Source of the DNA: an uncultured archaeon
Lineage (GTDB): Archaea > Asgardarchaeota > Lokiarchaeia > Sigyniarchaeales > Promethearchaeaceae
Length of the DNA: 8,254 bases
Direction: 5' to 3'
NCBI GenBank assembly: GCA_964426185.1
Contig: CAYRPF010000065.1
Coordinates: forward strand, 11,367-19,620
Shown here: positions 1 to 5,444 of the stretch, in pieces
Position numbering within the stretch: position 1 is the first letter of the stretch
Layout of the letters: every line of letters begins with the position of its first letter
Position numbers and translations under genes: made by a program
The notes under the pieces: generated by a model
What the model saw: only the letters and a program-made list of their open reading frames with translations
The model's database searches: none
Told to the model about the DNA's origin: nothing

Positions 1-2388
1 TCAAAATCAAAAACAAAAACAAATAAAGTTGCAGATAAAATTTGTAAATTAGAATATCATTTTCGCAAATTTTGCAGCATTAATTCCCCTGTTTTATGGA
101 TTCACCGAAATTTTAAAGAGTTTTTATATCAAAAATTGGATGATTTCATTTACTCCGAATTTGAAGTGTTGGATCTCATCTCCCTCTTACATAAAAATGA
201 AGATTCAATAAAGCTTCCAAATTTACCAACAGTTATTTTTAATCTAAGAAATTTTGGTCGTGAAATCATAGATCATTTGGCCAAATTCGAAAAAATTCTG
301 TTAAAGGTGTGGGAAAAGCCTAAATTCATCATCTCCACCCACTACTGTATTTCATTAAATAGTTTGCCTCCGTTTCTTTTATCTAAAATACTTTCTAATT
401 CTGCCCAGCTGAAATGGTGGAAGGATAATCTCAATTTTGACTTGGATATTTTTGCAGTAGAAGAATGTGGATTTCATCCATTAGCAAACTCGAATAAACA
501 GACCCCAAAAGAAGAAAGAAATGATCTAAACAATTATTTGGAAAGTAATCCGGAGAAAATCTCGCATTTATATCAGCAACTTATCTCATACTATCCTGGA
601 TTGATGATTGACACGAAATTTTATTCCGAGGAGATACAATGTGAAATTCTGGAGAACATTGAAAATTTAGATGGCAAGCTTACCGGCATTTTATTTAATT
701 CCGACAACTTTCATGCCCTCCGCCTTTTATCTGCCACTTTTCAAGATCGGATTGATTTATGTTATATTGATCCCCCATACAACACCGGTAATGAAACTTT
801 AACTTATCATGACGAGTTATCCCACGGAACATGGCTTAGCATGATGCAGGTAGGTATGGAAAATCTATATCCTTTATTGTCTGAACGTGGGATTATGGTA
901 ACCAGCTTGGATGATCATGAATACCATTATTTTCGACTTTTAGGGGAAAAAAATTTTGGGGCTAAGAATTTCTTAGGCAACATTGTTTGGCATTCGACGA
1001 AATCGATCACAAACACGGCTTTAATATCTCAAGCCCACACCCATAATTTGATTTTTGCTAAGAATTTGTCCTATTTCCGTACTAATCGGACCGAGTTTCG
1101 CTTACCAGAAACGGGAAAAGGATTTTCCAATCCCGATAATGATCCCAAAGGTCCTTGGAAGGCGGATCCATTTATGGTAGGAGGATGGCGACCGAATCAG
1201 CAGTATAAAATTAAAAATCCGAAAACTGGAGAAGATTTTGTTCCAAATCTTGGCTGTAGTTGGAAAAATGATAAAAAGACCTTTGATCGGTTGTGGAAAG
1301 AAGGGCGTATTGTATTTGGAAAATCTGGAGAAGGTGGTCCACAACGTAAGCGCTATTTATCTGAGGCTCTTTCAAGAGGGCGGGTAACAAACACCATCTG
1401 GACAGACGTTCCGACTACTACCCATGCTACGAAAGAACTAAAAAATATGTTCAATAAAATTGTGTTTTCCAATTCAAAACCTGTAGAGCTTCTAAAAAGA
1501 TTTATTGAATTGGGCTCATCTAATAATTCTTGGATTATTGATTTTTTTGCGGGATCGGGTACCACTGGCCAAGCAGTTATAGAGTTGAATCAAGCAGGAT
1601 CAAGTTTAACAGAACCAAGTCAGCGCAAGTTCATTTTAATCGAAAAGGAGGAGATTTTTCACACGGTATTATTACCCCGTTTAATGAAGGCTTGTTTTGC
1701 GAAAGAATGGAAGCAAGGCAAACCTAAATTTCCTAATACATCTTCCGTATCTAATGCACTTAATGAACCTAAGGTGCCTAAGGTGCCTAAGGTGCCTAAC
1801 GTGCTTAATGAGCCTAATTCGCCTAAAGTATCAAATAATCCTTTAATTTTTCGGTATCATGAAGTGGAGCAATTTGAAGATAGTTGGGAAAATATCTCTT
1901 TGGATGAAATCTCTGAAAACTTCGAAACAACTTTTAATATTTCTTTTTCTCCTGCGTTTTTGTATCCTTTTGAAATCAGTAATCCTTGGCGGTATGCATT
2001 GCAGACTATTAACTCTCAAGGTATTTTTCCAAAAAATGTTGATCTTATTCACACATACTGCTTTCTTTCAGGTTTACAAATCCTATTATATCAGAATTTA
2101 AATTTTCTTGATAGTTCTATTTTCCCAGTCCACTCTGTGGGGAGAGATATGTTAATTTTGACCGCTTATAATCAGAAACGGGTTCTGCTAATTTGGAGAG
2201 AGATACCACAAAATCTTCATTTGCAAGAAGTAATAGAAGAAGAAATTAAAGAAAAATCAATTTTAAGCCAAACTTTATCGCATTTTCAAGTGGATGAAGT
2301 TTTTATCAATGGCCCTCTCTTGTTTGAGAATATTCCACAATTAGATGAAAAATTTCGTAAGTTCTTCCTACAAAACTCTAAAATATAA
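1..2388 (+). CDS. Type III Mod-like adenine-specific DNA methyltransferase (beta class, long form), 5'-partial
   Basis: Catalytic motif IV YIDPPYNTG (DPPY at 769-780) precedes SAM-binding motif I DFFAGSGTT (from 1540), the beta-class order. A TRD-like segment (FSNPDNDPKGPW...) lies between them. Frame 1 has no stop from base 1 to the TTG at 136 (SKSKTKTNKVADKICKLEYHFRKFCSINSPVLWIHRNFKEFLYQKLDDFIYSE), and this resembles, from recall, the FIHKDLxxFLxxELDFYIKNE block of long Mod proteins. The true start is therefore probably upstream of the window. Confidence 0.88.
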   Translation, partial: SKSKTKTNKVADKICKLEYHFRKFCSINSPVLWIHRNFKEFLYQKLDDFIYSEFEVLDLISLLHKNEDSIKLPNLPTVIFNLRNFGREIIDHLAKFEKILLKVWEKPKFIISTHYCISLNSLPPFLLSKILSNSAQLKWWKDNLNFDLDIFAVEECGFHPLANSNKQTPKEERNDLNNYLESNPEKISHLYQQLISYYPGLMIDTKFYSEEIQCEILENIENLDGKLTGILFNSDNFHALRLLSATFQDRIDLCYIDPPYNTGNETLTYHDELSHGTWLSMMQVGMENLYPLLSERGIMVTSLDDHEYHYFRLLGEKNFGAKNFLGNIVWHSTKSITNTALISQAHTHNLIFAKNLSYFRTNRTEFRLPETGKGFSNPDNDPKGPWKADPFMVGGWRPNQQYKIKNPKTGEDFVPNLGCSWKNDKKTFDRLWKEGRIVFGKSGEGGPQRKRYLSEALSRGRVTNTIWTDVPTTTHATKELKNMFNKIVFSNSKPVELLKRFIELGSSNNSWIIDFFAGSGTTGQAVIELNQAGSSLTEPSQRKFILIEKEEIFHTVLLPRLMKACFAKEWKQGKPKFPNTSSVSNALNEPKVPKVPKVPNVLNEPNSPKVSNNPLIFRYHEVEQFEDSWENISLDEISENFETTFNISFSPAFLYPFEISNPWRYALQTINSQGIFPKNVDLIHTYCFLSGLQILLYQNLNFLDSSIFPVHSVGRDMLILTAYNQKRVLLIWREIPQNLHLQEVIEEEIKEKSILSQTLSHFQVDEVFINGPLLFENIPQLDEKFRKFFLQNSKI
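1723..1839 (+). repeat. In-frame 9-bp minisatellite (about 13 degenerate units, core CCTAAGGTG x3) inside the methyltransferase
   Basis: Units: cctaaattt cctaataca tcttccgta tctaatgca cttaatgaa cctaaggtg cctaaggtg cctaaggtg cctaacgtg cttaatgag cctaattcg cctaaagta tcaaataat. They encode PKF PNT SSV SNA LNE PKV PKV PKV PNV LNE PNS PKV SNN. Perfect copies at 1768-1794. Confidence 0.9.
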
Positions 2389-2423
2389 TAATATTCACTC
2401 GAGATGCTATAAATTACAAGCCT

Positions 2424-2438
2424 AAACCTTTTTTAAAA
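2424..2438 (+). promoter_or_regulatory. Putative archaeal BRE/TATA promoter for a near-leaderless thioredoxin transcript
   Basis: AAACCTTTTTTAAAA, with TTTTAAAA at 2431-2438, about 19-26 nt upstream of ATG 2457. No SD motif before the ATG. Confidence 0.5.
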
Positions 2439-2456
2439 TCTTTCTTATATACAATT

Positions 2457-2978
2457 ATGTCAAAGAAGTTTGATAAAAACAAAATTACATTAACAGATAT
2501 TCGATCGGAATACAAGATAGGGTATAAGTATATTCCAGAAGAAGATGCGTATAAAGGAAACTACGAGAAATATCAACCTTCTCAAGAAGTTATTGACAAA
2601 ATTAAATCTTGGTTGGATGAAAAAGAAGAACATTTAGTCATTGTGGCATTTGGAGCCACATGGTGTGGAGATTGTAAGGAACAGTTACCACATTTGGTTA
2701 AAATTGAACGTACCTTGAAAAATAAAAGATTTGAAGTTCGTGTGCTAACTGGAATCAAAGTAAAAGCCCCCTACGAACGTGAAAAGGGGAAATTAATCTG
2801 GAAATCCCCTCCCTCTCCCCCAGAAACACTCGATGAACGCTTTGATATGGTTCATATTCCCGCAATTTTTATTTTCAATAAGTTAGGTCAATGTATTGGA
2901 AAAATCGATGAAAAACCAGAACATAAAGCAACTCTTGAAGAAGAAATTCTTTACTACCTAGAGAATGCAGAATTATAA
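2457..2978 (+). CDS. Thioredoxin family protein (WCGDC active site)
   Basis: IVAFGATWCGDC active-site motif, cis-Pro region VHIPAIFIF followed by G..IGKI.E.P, and an N-terminal extension as in extended thioredoxin-like proteins. Confidence 0.9.
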   Translation: MSKKFDKNKITLTDIRSEYKIGYKYIPEEDAYKGNYEKYQPSQEVIDKIKSWLDEKEEHLVIVAFGATWCGDCKEQLPHLVKIERTLKNKRFEVRVLTGIKVKAPYEREKGKLIWKSPPSPPETLDERFDMVHIPAIFIFNKLGQCIGKIDEKPEHKATLEEEILYYLENAEL

Positions 2979-3030
2979 ATTGATGAATTGATTTCTTTGT
3001 AAGAAATTTTTTTTGTTGATTCTGAGAAAT

Positions 3031-3189
3031 GCTGAGGGACGAACTAATGGTTTAACGTGATTGTGGTGCCTATCGGTACCATGTTGAAGGGATAGTTATC
3101 TTCTTACTATGTCATAGTGTGGCATGAACTCTGACTTTGGGAGTAATGGGATGACTGTGGTGGAGTTCATCAACTATGGGAAAAGAAGG
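3031..3189 (+). ncRNA. Candidate structured RNA or leader segment (unassigned family)
   Basis: About 45% GC patch (67/150 at 3031-3180) against about 20% at 3181-3250. Hairpin 1: 3051-3059/3080-3088 plus 3066-3070/3075-3079. Hairpin 2: 3100-3105/3183-3188, 3113-3118/3173-3178, 3124-3131/3163-3170. The non-Watson-Crick pairs in hairpin 1 are G-U on the plus strand. No known RNA family recognised. Confidence 0.25.
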
Positions 3190-3243
3190 AAAAAAAAATT
3201 TTGTTAGATTTTTTGTTGAATTTGTTCTTAGACTTTTTCCTAA

Positions 3244-3377
3244 AAATTTCACCAAATGAACATTCAAATAGGAAACAAACTCATTTTTTAAATGCGAAGC
3301 AAAACCATCCCTGAATCAACAACGGTTATTTGGACTTTGAAAAGGAACAATTCAGCAATCTAAATTTGGTGAAATTT
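3244..3377. repeat. Perfect 14-bp inverted repeat pair upstream of tbp
   Basis: AAATTTCACCAAAT (3244-3257) and ATTTGGTGAAATTT (3364-3377), 106 nt apart. Confidence 0.8.
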
Positions 3378-3397
3378 CAGTTCTGATTGCCAATTAT

Positions 3398-3403
3398 AGG
3401 TGA
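3398..3403 (+). promoter_or_regulatory. Shine-Dalgarno-like site for tbp
   Basis: AGGTGA ends 6 nt before ATG 3410. This is a typical archaeal SD and supports 3410 as the start of a leadered mRNA. Confidence 0.65.
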
Positions 3404-3409
3404 ATTTTA

Positions 3410-4129
3410 ATGAAAAAATCATCCAATAATCAAAAAAGAACTTCAAAATCTATTTCTCACAAATCTCCATCTTCCAAATCATCATCTTCCGAAGTATTAA
3501 CCTCACATTCTAAGCCAAAACTCCCCAATAAACTCATTCTACGTATTGAAAATATTGTCGCAACAATAGATATTCATATCTTGCTTGATTTAACATTACT
3601 TACACAAAAATTCAAAGATATTGAACCCAAAGATAATTTTCCGGGTGTTATTACCAGATTCTCTAAACCAAAAGCCACTCTGCTCATCTTTTCCAGTGGA
3701 AAAATTGTAGTTACCGGAGTTCGTCTTGAAAGTCACCTCCCTATTATTTTGGAAAAAACTCTTAAAAAACTCCGGAAAGCAGGATTGGTTTTTAATGAAG
3801 AGCCAGAATTCCATATAGAAAATATGGTAGGCCGTGCAGATTTTGGAACAAAAATTAATCTAGATCTATCTTCTATTTCTCTGGAAAGTGCAATTTATGA
3901 ACCAGAAGTCTTTCCTGGATTAATCTATAAGGTATCTAAGCCTACCAAAATTTGTTTTCTGATTTTCAGCTCAGGAAAGGTAATTTGCACTGGAGCGAAT
4001 AACTTAACAGATATCCAAAATTCCTTGAAGCAATTGGCCCGTTATTTGAAAACACACGAGCTTTTGGGAGAAAATTCACAAGATCACGATATCGAAGCTC
4101 CAATTGAAGACAATTTGTTGGATTTATGA
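3410..4129 (+). CDS. tbp: TATA-box-binding protein with Ser/Lys-rich N-terminal extension and acidic C-terminal tail
   Basis: Two direct TBP repeats: IENIVAT...LDL...FPGVITRFSKPKATLLIFSSGKIVVTG and IENMVGRAD...INL...YEPEVFPGLIYKVSKPTKICFLIFSSGKVICTGA. All four intercalating Phe are present. Confidence 0.96.
   Translation: MKKSSNNQKRTSKSISHKSPSSKSSSSEVLTSHSKPKLPNKLILRIENIVATIDIHILLDLTLLTQKFKDIEPKDNFPGVITRFSKPKATLLIFSSGKIVVTGVRLESHLPIILEKTLKKLRKAGLVFNEEPEFHIENMVGRADFGTKINLDLSSISLESAIYEPEVFPGLIYKVSKPTKICFLIFSSGKVICTGANNLTDIQNSLKQLARYLKTHELLGENSQDHDIEAPIEDNLLDL
3446..3490 (+). repeat. Three degenerate 15-bp tandem units in the TBP N-terminal extension
   Basis: aaatctatttctcac aaatctccatcttcc aaatcatcatcttcc, encoding KSISH KSPSS KSSSS. 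Confidence 0.65.
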
Positions 4130-4151
4130 AAATTGAAGACAGTTTGTTGGA
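4102..4151 (+). repeat. 21-bp direct repeat flanking the tbp stop codon
   Basis: AATTGAAGACAATTTGTTGGA (4102-4122) and AATTGAAGACAGTTTGTTGGA (4131-4151), 20/21 identical, period 29. Confidence 0.85.
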
Positions 4152-4198
4152 ATGAGTCCAGAAATCAAAATCATAAGAAAAAAGTAATTGTTCAAGAA

Positions 4199-5038
4199 CT
4201 AAGTGTTTGATTTCAATACTTTTTGCAACTTCATAGCTCCGAGAATTAGCTTGAACAGTGAAAATCCCCGAAAAATCTTTCCGTTGTTCTTACAGCTCGG
4301 CATGACCATTGGGATTACTTTACTGGTACTTTTGTCTATATCCCCTCCCATATATTCCAAAGCTAAATTTGTTTCATTAATTACCGATTCAATACTTTTC
4401 CAATTAGGAACCACTTCAACGTGTTGGGTGAGATTGGTCTTTAGCATGCCGGGTTGGTATATGTTAATTCGGATATCATGAGAATTATCCTTCAAACCTT
4501 CATTTAATTCTTCAGCGAAGCATTTGGAGAAAGTAACCACAGCACCTTTAGTCATTGAGTAAAAGCTCATGTTTGGAATGGGTCTATCTGCGCCTCCACC
4601 TGAAAAAGTTATGATTCTTCCGTATTTTTGCTTCTTCATCTGGGTTAACGCTGCACTAATGCTGTGAATAGTTCCCAGTAAGTTAATACTAACAATTTTT
4701 TGGGCATCTGCTGCAGCTACTTTGGGGGAATAATATTCTAAGGGGCCGTACTTCAAATTAACTCCAGCACATGCAACCAGAATCCGGAGGGATCCGAATT
4801 TCTCAACCACCTTTTCAACTAAATTAGTCATATCTTCAATTTTAGAGACGTCAGCAGCCATTCCGAAAATTTTACCCCCATATTTTTTCGATAGTTCGGC
4901 CACAGTTTTTTCAACTTTTTCTGGAGTACGGGAACAGACAGCAACCGCACAACCTTCAGCCAGAAATTTTTCTGCTATCTTTTTTCCAATACCACTGGTT
5001 CCGCCAGTAACAAGAGCGGTTTCATTTGTTAATCTCAT
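4199..5038 (-). CDS. Classical SDR family NAD(P)-dependent oxidoreductase
   Basis: ALVTGGTSGIG (TGxxxGxG), VACAG in place of NNAG, INLLG, catalytic Ser in FSGGG, YSMTK (YxxxK), and PGMLKT. Confidence 0.93.
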   Translation of the reverse strand: MRLTNETALVTGGTSGIGKKIAEKFLAEGCAVAVCSRTPEKVEKTVAELSKKYGGKIFGMAADVSKIEDMTNLVEKVVEKFGSLRILVACAGVNLKYGPLEYYSPKVAAADAQKIVSINLLGTIHSISAALTQMKKQKYGRIITFSGGGADRPIPNMSFYSMTKGAVVTFSKCFAEELNEGLKDNSHDIRINIYQPGMLKTNLTQHVEVVPNWKSIESVINETNLALEYMGGDIDKSTSKVIPMVMPSCKNNGKIFRGFSLFKLILGAMKLQKVLKSNT

Positions 5039-5065
5039 ATTAATTGTGAATAATTCAGCATCACC

Positions 5066-5082
5066 TTTATATATAGTATATA
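5066..5082. promoter_or_regulatory. TATA-rich divergent promoter region between the SDR and radical SAM genes
   Basis: TTTATATATAGTATATA. On the minus strand TATATAAA (5073-5066) lies about 28 nt upstream of the SDR ATG. The plus-strand TTTATATA could serve the ATG at 5118. Confidence 0.5.
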
Positions 5083-5117
5083 ACTCAAGAATATCAGATT
5101 GGATGAGAAAAAGAGTT

Positions 5118-5444
5118 ATGAAAATTCAATACAAAGAAGCTAAATCGATTTTAACTAAAAGCACAATCCCTGGAATCGATTTCGTCTGTAATCCCTACAC
5201 TGGCTGCGAACACGGTTGTATCTACTGTTATGCTTCATTTATGAAAAGATTTACCCACCATTCGGGAGATATCTGGGGGAAATTTTTAGATATCAAAGAA
5301 TTTGATTTCACTAAGGATTCAGTAAAAAATCAAAAAAATAATAAGGAAATTGAAAAAAGCGAATATTATAAAAATGGAAAAATTACCTCGATATTCGGAT
5401 ATTTCTTAGCATTTTTGAACCACGTTCTTTCTTTTATCCATTAG
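5118..5444 (+). pseudogene. 3'-truncated radical SAM protein (SplB/Rv2578c-like, DNA-repair-photolyase-related)
   Basis: MKIQYKEAKSILTKSTIPGIDFVCNPYTGCEHGCIYCYA is the typical N-terminus with CxxxCxxC. Family resemblance ends near WGKFLDIKEFDFTK (about 5315). The expected SxxTDPYQPxE motif and the rest of the barrel are absent. The remaining frame runs through A-rich sequence and overlaps the convergent gene by 39 bp. Likely start is ATG 5118, not GTG 5046. Confidence 0.8.
5323..5358 (-). terminator. Putative oligo-T archaeal terminator of the FG-GAP gene
   Basis: A6/A7 runs on the plus strand give U-tracts about 50-80 nt downstream of the minus-strand stop at 5406. Confidence 0.35.

Noticed and set aside
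136-138. TTG start given for the methyltransferase
   Set aside because: The frame is open back to base 1 and the upstream residues resemble a conserved Mod block, so the start is probably outside the window.
1102-2101. Short ORFs 1102-1344, 1353-1565, 1843-2052 and 1859-2101
   Set aside because: Shadow ORFs inside the methyltransferase gene with no recognisable motifs.
2980-3035. C/D box sRNA (TGATGA ... CTGA)
   Set aside because: The intervening sequence is a T-rich, terminator-like tract with no properly spaced D'/C' boxes or plausible guides.
3113-3178. SECIS element or selenoprotein (Lokiarchaeota have 3'-UTR SECIS)
   Set aside because: The upstream thioredoxin has Cys-Cys and no in-frame TGA. 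The ATGA here is Watson-Crick paired with TCAT rather than forming a GA/GA quartet.
3096-3207. Small ORFs in the intergenic island (plus strand MNSDFGSNG...KKKFC, 27 aa; minus strand MNSTTVIP...VRR, 24 aa)
   Set aside because: Too short, with no SD or recognisable motif. Cannot be supported without conservation or ribosome profiling.
3013-3322. SRP RNA, RNase P RNA, 5S rRNA or tRNA
   Set aside because: No SRP helix-8 motif, no GAGGAAAGUCC, no TPsiC arm or cloverleaf on either strand, and the second half is too AT-rich.
4102-4151. CRISPR-like repeat (ATTGAAGAC resembles CRISPR repeat ends)
   Set aside because: Only two 21-bp copies with an 8-nt gap. No spacer-length interval and no cas genes.
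4127-4210. TGA readthrough (Sec) extending TBP
   Set aside because: The protein is complete with its acidic tail before the TGA, no SECIS was seen, and the extension would run into the convergent SDR gene.
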